The notes beneath the pieces are model-generated. The model searched no databases. It had not been told where the DNA came from and was given only the letters and a program-made list of their open reading frames with translations. A stretch of 58,220 bases of DNA, taken from sequence record DRR723986_34976; one strand, written 5' to 3'. The position numbers and the translations under genes were made by a program. Within the stretch, counting starts at the first letter, position 1. Each line of letters begins with the position of its first letter. Positions 9,266-18,475 of this stretch are shown here, piece after piece.

Positions 9266-10407
9266 AAATGTCAAAAATTATTTCAAAACACATACCAGTA
9301 CTCGATGGGATAAGAGCTTATGCCATATTAATGGTTTGTTTAGTTCATTTTTTTCAGGTCGATGAAACAGGGCTCTACAGTGGCCATAAATATTTAGGGG
9401 TATTTTTATTTAAATTGTCTCAATTAGGACTAAAAGGGGTTGAGTTATTTTTTATGTTATCCGGGTTTTTAATTACGGGAATATTAGTAGAATCTAAAAA
9501 ATCAAATAAATATTTTAGGTCTTTTTATGCCAGAAGGTTTATAAGGATATTTCCACTTTATTATTTGGTATTAGCAATAAGTTTTTTAGTACTTCCTCAT
9601 TTAATAGATATTGATGATGCAGGAAAGTATGTAATTAATAATCAATTTTGGTTGTGGACTTACACCTCTAATATCTCTCACTTTTTAGGTTTTTATGGTG
9701 GTTGGGATGCTAGTTTAAATTTCCCTTCTTTTGGTCATTTCTGGTCTTTATGTGTTGAAGAACATTTTTATATATTTTGGCCATTTATCATCTATTTTGT
9801 AAAAGAAAAATACTTAAAAACTACTATGTGGTTTATTGTTGCTGTTTCATTTCTGTCTGTAATTTGGACCTATGTTTATCCAGACTACTGGCCTGTTTTA
9901 AGTTGGACTACTATTCAATGTGCGGGGATTTTAAGCTTAGGTGGTTTACTAGCTCTAGAATATAAAAATAAAAAAAAATGGGATCAGATTTCAATGCTGG
10001 CTAAAAAGCTAGTACTACCATTTGTTCTTCTTTTTGTGCTTTCAAATTTTATTCCGCGACGTTATGATATTTTACATGTGGTAACATACTTTACTTCAAT
10101 CATAGCTTTTTTATTGGTGCTAATAGTAGCACTTAATAACAATAAAATCACCAATAAATTATTTAATCGTAAATGGTTGTATTTTATTGGAAAGATAAGT
10201 TATGGAGTCTATGTATATCATGGTATGTTAAGGCCTTATTTTAAATCGTATCTATATGATAATATTAATGCAATAATTGATAATGGAATTTTAGGAACAT
10301 TATTATACACTATTTTAGCAACAGGTATTTCTGTGTTAATTGCCTAGGGAAGCTGGGAATTAATTGAAAAACCTATTTTAAGACTAAAAAAATATTTTAA
10401 ATATTGA
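9259..10407 (+). pseudogene. Acyltransferase family 3 (OafA-like) with a premature TAG near the C-terminus
   Basis: Motifs LDGIRAYA, GVELFFMLSGFLI, RRFIRIFPLYY and HFWSLCVEEHFY. After TAG at 10345-10347 the frame continues GSWELIEKPILRLKKYFKY to TGA at 10405-10407, which overlaps the next start. Confidence 0.7.
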
Positions 10408-11153
10408 AAAATTACATAAAATACATACTAAGTTTTTTTACGTATTTTTTTACAATAAAACGTATTAAAACACTAAAACAGCGATACAACACTATTTTAG
10501 TATTTGCACCTCATCCAGATGACGAGATTATAGGTTTAGGTGGGTTAATTCTCCAGACATTAAAGCATGGAGGCGAGGTGTTTATTTGTTTTTTAACCGA
10601 AGGGGAAAACTCAGAGTGTTACTATGATAAGAATGAAATAAAAAAACAGCGGGAAGTATTAACTAACAAAGTGTTACAACAGTTGAATATTCCAAAAAAA
10701 AATAGGTTTAGACTTCATTTACCTGACGGAAATGTGCCTTTAAAGCATACTACAGAATTTGATAAAACTGTTTCTCAGATAACAGCCATAACCGAAGAAG
10801 TGAAACCTGATGCTGTTTATGCAACTGCCGAATCAGATTTTTGGCCATTTGACCATGTAGCTTGTAGCCAATTAGTTAAAGAGGCTGTTAAAAAAAATAA
10901 TTTTAAAACCGATGTATGGTTTTATTGGGTTTGGACCTGGTATCATTTAAAGCCCTGGCAATTAATGAAATTGAACTTCAATAAACTATATAAAATAGAT
11001 ATTTCAATGGAGTTAAAAGAAAAAGAAAAATTAATGGATATTTATCTAAAGCCGGTTTCTAAAGACGGTTACCCCTGGAGTGGAAGATTACCTAAGTCTA
11101 TGAAATATCCATTTAGTAAACCCTTTGAAATTATTGAGAATTATGAAAGATAG
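10404..11153 (+). CDS. PIG-L/LmbE-family N-deacetylase
   Basis: Metal-binding motifs VFAPHPDDE and PFDH, plus LTEGE. Confidence 0.85.
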   Translation: MKNYIKYILSFFTYFFTIKRIKTLKQRYNTILVFAPHPDDEIIGLGGLILQTLKHGGEVFICFLTEGENSECYYDKNEIKKQREVLTNKVLQQLNIPKKNRFRLHLPDGNVPLKHTTEFDKTVSQITAITEEVKPDAVYATAESDFWPFDHVACSQLVKEAVKKNNFKTDVWFYWVWTWYHLKPWQLMKLNFNKLYKIDISMELKEKEKLMDIYLKPVSKDGYPWSGRLPKSMKYPFSKPFEIIENYER

Positions 11154-12201
11154 TTCGAAACCTTATAATTTTGAGTGGATTACCAATTGGGATACGATCT
11201 ATTCGCAGGAATTTCAAGAGCAATGGCTAAAATGGTATGAAACAGCGGTAAATAGTCATGTGTTTTTTCACCCAGCTTTATCTATGGCTTGGCTTGAAAC
11301 CTACAGGCCACTTCGCAATTTAAAACCATTATTCTGCATCGCAAGGTTTGGTCACACTACTGTGTTTTTACCTTTAGTATTATGGAAAAAAAATTGGAAA
11401 AATGCATTTCAAAAAATGGTTATACCTGTTGGTTATTCAGATTTTGATTATCACGACCCTTTAATTGTAACTAAAAACAATAAAACAATAAGTTATGTTT
11501 TGTTTTTACAAAACCTGTTAGATGAACTTAAATCGAAAATTCATTTTGATAAAATTGACATCAATGGTTTAAAAAAAGGTGATTCAAATTTAGTTTTTGA
11601 GGAAAAAGACATTGCACCATATGCTGATATATCATTGTTTTCTGATAATGAACAATATTTAAACACTTTAAAAACAAAATTAAGAGGTGATCTAAGAAGA
11701 CAAATTAGACGACTTAGTGAACAAGGCACCTTATCAATGGTGTCTCGAACTGCAAGTAATATTTTGGATGTAAATTTATCAGAATTTTTAAAACAACATA
11801 GTAAAAGGTGGCCAAATGCTTATAAAGCTCCAAGATTTCATGAAAACATTATTAAATTTGGATTAAATAAGGGTGTTGTTCACTTTTCTGAGCTAAAAGT
11901 AAATGATGAGATTATTAGTTGGCATTTAGGTTTTATGGATGATACTACTTTTTATTATTACATGCCTGCAACAAATGGACGTTGGCATAAATATTCACCT
12001 GGCAAAGTGCATTTATTAATGTTAGTAAATAATGCTATTGACTTAAAGCTTCAGGTATTTGATCATTTAAAAGGGAATGAAAATTATAAAAATGGCTGGG
12101 CGCAAAACCTACAAAAATTATATAAATTAGAATACCATTCTAAAGGATTTTCATCAAAAATAAAAAAGCAATTAATTGGTTTGAAAAATAATTTTTTGTG
12201 A
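11143..12201 (+). CDS. Double-GNAT (Acetyltransf_6 / CelD-BcsL-like) acyltransferase
   Basis: Motifs FFHPALSMAW, SDFDYHDPL, KYSPGKVHL and FDHLKGNENYK. Confidence 0.8.
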   Translation: MKDSSKPYNFEWITNWDTIYSQEFQEQWLKWYETAVNSHVFFHPALSMAWLETYRPLRNLKPLFCIARFGHTTVFLPLVLWKKNWKNAFQKMVIPVGYSDFDYHDPLIVTKNNKTISYVLFLQNLLDELKSKIHFDKIDINGLKKGDSNLVFEEKDIAPYADISLFSDNEQYLNTLKTKLRGDLRRQIRRLSEQGTLSMVSRTASNILDVNLSEFLKQHSKRWPNAYKAPRFHENIIKFGLNKGVVHFSELKVNDEIISWHLGFMDDTTFYYYMPATNGRWHKYSPGKVHLLMLVNNAIDLKLQVFDHLKGNENYKNGWAQNLQKLYKLEYHSKGFSSKIKKQLIGLKNNFL

Positions 12202-13352
12202 ATGTAATAATTGCCATACCCTGCTTATTAAAAGGGGGTACTGAAATACAAACTTTACAATTGGTTAAGGCATTGTGCAAGCTTGGTTACCAAACTAAAA
12301 TTGTTTGTTATTTTGAGTATGATAGTACTATGGTTTCTGAGTTTAATACAAACAATTGTGAGGTTTTACTATTAAAATTAAATAGAAACATATCCTCATT
12401 AAAGTTCATAAAAACACTTAAAAATATCTTCAAAAAAAATAATCCGGAATTAGTACATGTACAGTATATGGCACCTGGTATGTTGCCTATTGTTGCTGCA
12501 CGTTTAGCAGGTGTAAAGAAAGTGCTGGCGACCGTACACCAGCCATATACAACATCTCATGGCCTAAAAGCCAAACTGTTTTTAAGGTTGTCAAGCCTGT
12601 TATGCAAACATATTATTGTAGTCTCTAAAAATGCAGAAATAAGCTGGTTTGGTTCGGGTATTCAGTTTTCAGAAATATCTGAAAATAAAAAACTACCAAA
12701 ACATTTTACAATGTATAACGCTATAGATGTAAAGCGTTTAAATAGCATCAAAAATAATGTAGATGTTTTAAAAGAAAAGCAAAAATTAGGAATTGATAAA
12801 GACCAGTTGATTTTTGGGATGGTTTCCAGATTAAGTCATGAAAAAGGAATTGATATAGCAATAAAGGCATTTAAAAGAGTAATTAAAGAAAAATATGATG
12901 CACATTTATTAATTGTTGGCGGAGGAAATGAGGAAGTTACATTAAAAGAGATGTGTAAAGAACTAAAAATAAGTGAAAATGTAACATTTTACGGTGAAAC
13001 CAATTGGGCAGATGCCATGAAACAAATGGTGCTTATGGATGTAGTTATAGTGCCTTCTCGTTTTGAAGGTTTTGGCCTTTCAGCAGCTGAAGCGATGGCG
13101 ATGGGGAAACCTGTTGTGGTCTCAGCAGTATATGGTTTAAAAGAAGTGGTAGTGCCTGAGGTCACGGGCTTACTATTTAAAACAGAAGACGTAAAGGAAT
13201 TGGTACAGCAGATCAATGTCTTGCTAAATGACGCTTCACTGCGGCAACGTTTAGGCAACAATGGTCAAACAAGGGCCTATAGTACTTTTGATACTAGTGT
13301 TTATCATAATAAAGTAGCAGTACTTTACGAAGCGATCATTAATGCGTTATGA
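12198..13352 (+). CDS. Glycosyltransferase family 4
   Basis: Motifs GGTEIQ, RLSHEKG and PSRFEGFGLSAAEAMAMGKPV. Confidence 0.9.
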   Translation: MNVIIAIPCLLKGGTEIQTLQLVKALCKLGYQTKIVCYFEYDSTMVSEFNTNNCEVLLLKLNRNISSLKFIKTLKNIFKKNNPELVHVQYMAPGMLPIVAARLAGVKKVLATVHQPYTTSHGLKAKLFLRLSSLLCKHIIVVSKNAEISWFGSGIQFSEISENKKLPKHFTMYNAIDVKRLNSIKNNVDVLKEKQKLGIDKDQLIFGMVSRLSHEKGIDIAIKAFKRVIKEKYDAHLLIVGGGNEEVTLKEMCKELKISENVTFYGETNWADAMKQMVLMDVVIVPSRFEGFGLSAAEAMAMGKPVVVSAVYGLKEVVVPEVTGLLFKTEDVKELVQQINVLLNDASLRQRLGNNGQTRAYSTFDTSVYHNKVAVLYEAIINAL

Positions 13353-13404
13353 GTTGTAAAAAACGTTTATCTTTAACCTCTGCAAAGCCAACTAGACTTT
13401 AAAT

Positions 13405-14721
13405 ATGGATACTATATTGGGATTACTGGCCTTAATTGCCATAGCTTTTTTGGGTGTACGTTACCTGCTCTTGCGTGGTAGCTATACGCTCAAAAGTGTC
13501 ATTGGCCCAGTCTCCCATTTTAAAGTTAGTGCCCTCCATAAGACTATTTTGTTGTTATTATTGGTGGCTGTGGTACAGGCGGGGCAATTTTCAGCCCAAT
13601 TGTTATTGGTATGGATTGGTATTTTTGGGGCCTGGCTGCTAAAAGGCGGTGTTTCCATTGCAGGATCTAGGGTGTTTCTAGTCTATGGTTTGTTTTTGAG
13701 CTGGTTATTACTATCCCTATTTTTGCTATCTCCCGTTCCTGATTTTGGATTCCGTGTGTTTTTAAAGTACAGTTACCCTTTGTTATTACTTTTGGTGGTG
13801 GTGCGCCTACCAAACAATAGCTTATTCTTCTATAGAGCCCTTAAAGCTGCTTTTATTGGAGGATTCAGTGCTAATTTTTTGCTACTGTTGCCTAAGTTTT
13901 TACCGCTTAAGTTTTTAATTGTTCCGATAGCTAAAAACATACTTTGGTTTACTCCAGCGATTATGGATTTTAATCCATTTTTATTAGTTGCTTGCTTAAT
14001 TCTATATTCTAAATTTAAGAAAAGGATTTACTTATTTGCTATAGTTGTAATTTTTATATTACCCCTTATTACTGCTATCCGAACTGGATTAATTGGTTTG
14101 TTCTTTACCTTGTTGGCTTTAGTTTATTTTAGATATAAGGTAAAGGCTTTACCTTATATTTTAGGTCTTTTCTTGACCGGAGTTTTAACTATAATATATG
14201 TCCCTCAAGTAAGAGATAAAATGTTTAGAACTTCATTAAGCAGTAATCAGGTACTTAATAGCTATGACCAGATGACGACAGATGATATTGATAGTAATGG
14301 GCGCTTTGCCATGTGGGAGTGGAGCTTAAACCAATTTTATAAAGGTAATGAGTGGACAGGCGCTGGGGTAGGGTCGTTACAAGCACGCTTTTATTCGGGG
14401 AATCATCCGTTTGGAGTTATTAAATCAGGGCATAGCGATTATGTGCAGTTGCTCTGCGATACAGGATGGATTGGTTTGGCACTTTATTTAACCATTATCA
14501 TGGCTATTGTCTTTCAGTGTTATAAGCTTTATAATACCAAGGCCTATGACGTATCCTTACGTTATAGTGCCTTAATTGCAGGGACCTCTTTGGTGGGGAT
14601 TATGGCCTGTGCCTTTACAGATAATGTGATCAATTATTCCTTGGTGACCTTATCTTATCCCTATGTCTTTTTTGGATTTGCCTTGGCCTTAAAGCGTAAT
14701 CAACTTAAACAATCAAGCTAG
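13405..14721 (+). CDS. Wzy-type polymerase / O-antigen ligase-family membrane protein
   Basis: Polytopic protein with IRTG, SNGRFAMW, GAGVG and GHSDYVQLLCDTGWIG (Wzy_C-like loop). Confidence 0.75.
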   Translation: MDTILGLLALIAIAFLGVRYLLLRGSYTLKSVIGPVSHFKVSALHKTILLLLLVAVVQAGQFSAQLLLVWIGIFGAWLLKGGVSIAGSRVFLVYGLFLSWLLLSLFLLSPVPDFGFRVFLKYSYPLLLLLVVVRLPNNSLFFYRALKAAFIGGFSANFLLLLPKFLPLKFLIVPIAKNILWFTPAIMDFNPFLLVACLILYSKFKKRIYLFAIVVIFILPLITAIRTGLIGLFFTLLALVYFRYKVKALPYILGLFLTGVLTIIYVPQVRDKMFRTSLSSNQVLNSYDQMTTDDIDSNGRFAMWEWSLNQFYKGNEWTGAGVGSLQARFYSGNHPFGVIKSGHSDYVQLLCDTGWIGLALYLTIIMAIVFQCYKLYNTKAYDVSLRYSALIAGTSLVGIMACAFTDNVINYSLVTLSYPYVFFGFALALKRNQLKQSS

Positions 14722-14723
14722 GT

Positions 14724-15653
14724 ATGGAGATTAGTGTGGTGATTCCCTTATATAACAAAAAGGAGACGGTTTTACGAGCTATTGAGTCTGTGTTGGGCCA
14801 GAGTTACTTGCCCCGAGAAATCATTATTGTCAATGATGGGAGCACCGATGGTTCAAAACAGGTGGTGAACGATTTAAACCATCCTATGATACAACTTATC
14901 AATCAGGAGAATGCTGGCGTTTCCGCTGCGCGTAATAGAGGAATTACTGAGGCGCATTATGAATGGATAGCCTTTTTAGACGCAGATGATGTTTGGTTAC
15001 CCGAGTACTTACAAACCATTCAGCACCTTAATCACACCTATCTAGAAGCACAAGTATTGGGGACAGCCTATTGGTTGCAGGATTATGAGGGACATAAAGA
15101 AAAAATAAGGCTCAATAAGATACCTTTCCTCGGCAATCAAGGCTTGCTAAGTAATTATTTTCAAGTGGCATCAAATTCGAATCCCCCTTTGTGCTCCTCT
15201 GCCGTGGTTATAAGAAAGAACGCCTTGTTGGCTATTGGAGGTTTTCCGATTGGTATACGTTCTGGGGAAGATCTTTTGACTTGGGCTCGTTTAGCCTCAC
15301 GTTATGTGATAGCATATGATAGAAAAGCTTTAGCCGTATTTATCCAAGATGCAGCACATACTTACGCCGCGATACCTCACCGCATTCCTGCTTTGCCGGA
15401 TAAAATGTTTCAAGGACTGGCCTACATTTACAAAAATGAGCCTGGCTTAAAAGGAATAAGGGCCTATATAGCCCACTGGAAATTAATGCGTGCCAATATA
15501 TTTATACGCTTAAATAAAGGTCAGCAGGCATTCAAGGAATTGTCTATTGCATTTAAATATAATCCCTTAAAGTTAAAACTGTATGTTTTTGCGTTTATTG
15601 CTGTGCTGCCCTACAAAAACAAAAGTTCTATATTTCGATTATTCTCCAAATAA
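14724..15653 (+). CDS. Glycosyltransferase family 2
   Basis: Motifs ISVVIPLYN, NDGSTD, NAGVSAARN, FLDADD and GED. Confidence 0.92.
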   Translation: MEISVVIPLYNKKETVLRAIESVLGQSYLPREIIIVNDGSTDGSKQVVNDLNHPMIQLINQENAGVSAARNRGITEAHYEWIAFLDADDVWLPEYLQTIQHLNHTYLEAQVLGTAYWLQDYEGHKEKIRLNKIPFLGNQGLLSNYFQVASNSNPPLCSSAVVIRKNALLAIGGFPIGIRSGEDLLTWARLASRYVIAYDRKALAVFIQDAAHTYAAIPHRIPALPDKMFQGLAYIYKNEPGLKGIRAYIAHWKLMRANIFIRLNKGQQAFKELSIAFKYNPLKLKLYVFAFIAVLPYKNKSSIFRLFSK

Positions 15654-16537
15654 TGTCACTTAGATCAACAGCAATTTGTATTTTCACTTTTAACCGTTTG
15701 GATGTTTTAAAACGGTCTTTAGCTTCGTTAAGTCAGTGTGAAGGAATTGATGAACTTGATATTCATATCTTTTCAGATGGGCCGCGCGATGAAACAGAAG
15801 AAATTAAAGTAACTGCTGTGCGAGCCTTTTTAAAAACACAATCACTTTTGAGAGTTCATCGGTGTTATTTTTATCCCTTTAACAAAGGGTTGGCAAATTC
15901 TATCATAGATGGTGTCTCCAAACTATTCATAACGTACTCGTCTGTCATAGTCCTTGAAGATGATTTAATCTACTCAAAAAACTTTCTTCATTTTATGACA
16001 TCTGCACTTACAGCGTATGAAGCTGACCAAAAGGTGTATTCCATTTCTGGTTATAGCCCACAGATTTATCTTGGCGATGACTATACCAAAGACTATTATT
16101 TTTCACCACGTGGTTCCTCATGGGGATGGGCCACTTGGAAAGATCGTTGGGAAACCGTAGATTGGATGGTGAGTAGTTATAAGTCCTTTAAAAGAAATAT
16201 TAGACAAAGACAGCATTTTGCCAGAGGGGGTAGTGATCTGCCGCGGATGTTAGATAATCAAATGAAAGGTAAAATAGATTCTTGGGCTATTCGTTTCGTT
16301 TATCAACAATTTTTAAACCAGCAGACCACGGTATACCCAACTATATCCAAAGTAAAAAATATTGGTATTGGGGCGGAGGCGACCCATACTAAAAAAACCA
16401 CTAGATTTGACACTGTATTGGACCAAGGTAATCAAACGAACTTCAAATTTTCGGCCTTTAAGGAGTATGATTCTAGTATTGTTAAATCATTTAGAACTGT
16501 GTTTTCAGTTTGGCGCAGATTATTAGACCGCTTATGA
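15653..16537 (+). CDS. Glycosyltransferase family 2 (GT-A)
   Basis: Motifs FTFNR, FSDGP, NKGLA, VLEDD, SWGWATWKDRW and DSWAIR. Confidence 0.85.
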   Translation: MSLRSTAICIFTFNRLDVLKRSLASLSQCEGIDELDIHIFSDGPRDETEEIKVTAVRAFLKTQSLLRVHRCYFYPFNKGLANSIIDGVSKLFITYSSVIVLEDDLIYSKNFLHFMTSALTAYEADQKVYSISGYSPQIYLGDDYTKDYYFSPRGSSWGWATWKDRWETVDWMVSSYKSFKRNIRQRQHFARGGSDLPRMLDNQMKGKIDSWAIRFVYQQFLNQQTTVYPTISKVKNIGIGAEATHTKKTTRFDTVLDQGNQTNFKFSAFKEYDSSIVKSFRTVFSVWRRLLDRL

Positions 16538-17373
16538 AATTAGTTGTATTAACTTTTATTTGGGTACATTATTTTTTTAATATCTATCTAGGGATTAGGC
16601 TTAAAGGCTTGGGAGTTATCCAAAGATTTTTACGTAAAGAATTTACCTTTACAGCTTTTGGTAGCTTATTTTTATATGACCCTCACATAAGAAGCAGTTA
16701 TGACTATCTGTTGATTGGTAAGTCTAATGAGCCCGAGACCCACCGATTTCTTAGTCGGGTCATTCCGTTTTTAGATACTTGCAATTTTATTGATGTGGGG
16801 GCTTCGGTAGGAGAATTTGTTATTGGTTTATTGCCTTACAAGAATATTGAAGCGATTTACGCCTTTGAGCCGCGCCCGAGATGTGTGGAGGTGCTAAAAC
16901 GTAATGCTCTATTGAACAATGACAATCGCGTTTCGGTTTTTCAAAATGTTGTTGGTCATAAGAAGGGAGAGGTTTCAATCGTAATGAAACACACAGGGAG
17001 CGTAATTTCAGAACAAATGACTGGGAACGAGGAACCCAATGTATTAAAAGTCGAGCGAATCATTTTAGATGCGACATTGCCAAAGACTATTATCAATCCT
17101 ATAATACTAATTGATGTAGAAGGTTTTGAGCCTGATGTATTAAGGGGCGCAAGTGATTTTATTAAAGCTAATTCTCCACTCATTATTTTTGAATATAATA
17201 CCACGAGTAAACGATATTTTAATCTAGATATAATAAGCGATTTAATTGGGTCGGGCTATACTATTTTTAGAATGAAACACAATGGCTTTTTGGATAAGGA
17301 TTTTACCAATTCATGGAATTGTGTGGCCGTTCCCCAAAATTCTGTTTTTGAACGACTATTAAATGCAAGTTAG
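16534..17373 (+). CDS. FkbM-family methyltransferase
   Basis: Motifs FIDVGASVG, AFEP and IDVEGFEPDVLRG; ATGA coupling with the upstream stop. Confidence 0.88.
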   Translation: MKLVVLTFIWVHYFFNIYLGIRLKGLGVIQRFLRKEFTFTAFGSLFLYDPHIRSSYDYLLIGKSNEPETHRFLSRVIPFLDTCNFIDVGASVGEFVIGLLPYKNIEAIYAFEPRPRCVEVLKRNALLNNDNRVSVFQNVVGHKKGEVSIVMKHTGSVISEQMTGNEEPNVLKVERIILDATLPKTIINPIILIDVEGFEPDVLRGASDFIKANSPLIIFEYNTTSKRYFNLDIISDLIGSGYTIFRMKHNGFLDKDFTNSWNCVAVPQNSVFERLLNAS

Positions 17374-18472
17374 ACCTAAAATACTACTTATTTTACATTA
17401 CCCGCCACCAATACATGGTGCAGCCATGGTAGGGCAGTATATTAAAGATAGCCAGACTCTAAACATAACTTTTGAGTGTGCGTTTATCAATTTGGGCTTG
17501 TCTCGGGATGTGGCTGCGGTAGGCAAAACTGGTGTTGCGAAGTTTAAAACCTATTTTCGGCTTCTTTACAAGGTTTATAAGCAGTTACGGCATTTTAAAC
17601 CCGACCTGTGTTATATAACGCCAAGCTCTAAGGGTATGGGCTTGTATAAAGATGTCCCTGTTATTGCCCTAGCCAAACTATTCGGCGTAAAGACGGTTTT
17701 TCATTTTCACAATAAAGGGGTGCGCCAAAAACAAGATAAGGTGTTTGACCATAAACTCTACCAATGGCTATTTAAGGGGTCTTATGTGATAGTACTCTCT
17801 AAGCATCTTTACAGTGACATTCAACGTTACGTGCCCCAAGAATGTGTGTACTTTTGTGCTAATGGGATTGCAGATGAGAGTCCTGAGCTTAAGATAACAC
17901 AAAAGAAAACAGATAACGGCACGGTACAGCTATTGTTTTTGTCTAATCTTATTGAATCCAAAGGTGTAAGCGTTTTATTGGAGGCTTGTCATAAGCTAAA
18001 AAATCTGGGCTTGGATTTTTATTGTACGTTTGTGGGTGGTATTGGTGATGTCACGGAAGAAGCCTTTAATAGATCTGTTGCCAAATTAAACCTTCAGGAC
18101 AAAGTGCACTATGTTGGCAAAAAGTATGGCAAGGAAAAAGCAAAAGCCTTTTTTGGAGCAGATATTTTTGTGCATCCAACCTTAGATGATTGTGTGCCTT
18201 TGGTGATATTGGAAGCCATGCAACATCAGTTACCCGTCGTTTCTACGTTTGAAGGTGGGATTCCTGATTTGGTAGAAGATTCGGTCACTGGATTTTTGGT
18301 GCCTAAAGGGGATGTGGATACTTTGGCGAACAGGTTGGCGCAATTGATAAAGTCAGCACCACTGTGTCAAGCCCTAGGAGCAGCTGGACGACAAAAATAT
18401 GAGACCAAATTTACTTTAGTAGAGTTTGAAAAGAATTTTGTAGATATCTTAAAGACCATAGTGGACAGCTAA
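17363..18472 (+). CDS. Glycosyltransferase family 4
   Basis: Motifs PPPIHGA, FLSNLIESKG and PLVILEAM. Confidence 0.9.
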   Translation: MQVRPKILLILHYPPPIHGAAMVGQYIKDSQTLNITFECAFINLGLSRDVAAVGKTGVAKFKTYFRLLYKVYKQLRHFKPDLCYITPSSKGMGLYKDVPVIALAKLFGVKTVFHFHNKGVRQKQDKVFDHKLYQWLFKGSYVIVLSKHLYSDIQRYVPQECVYFCANGIADESPELKITQKKTDNGTVQLLFLSNLIESKGVSVLLEACHKLKNLGLDFYCTFVGGIGDVTEEAFNRSVAKLNLQDKVHYVGKKYGKEKAKAFFGADIFVHPTLDDCVPLVILEAMQHQLPVVSTFEGGIPDLVEDSVTGFLVPKGDVDTLANRLAQLIKSAPLCQALGAAGRQKYETKFTLVEFEKNFVDILKTIVDS

Positions 18473-18475
18473 ATT

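Noticed and set aside
8573..10347. Stop-codon recoding or readthrough to explain the two in-frame stops
   Set aside because: The stops differ (TAA and TAG), both codons terminate normal genes here, and nearby gmd/fcl decay favours mutation.
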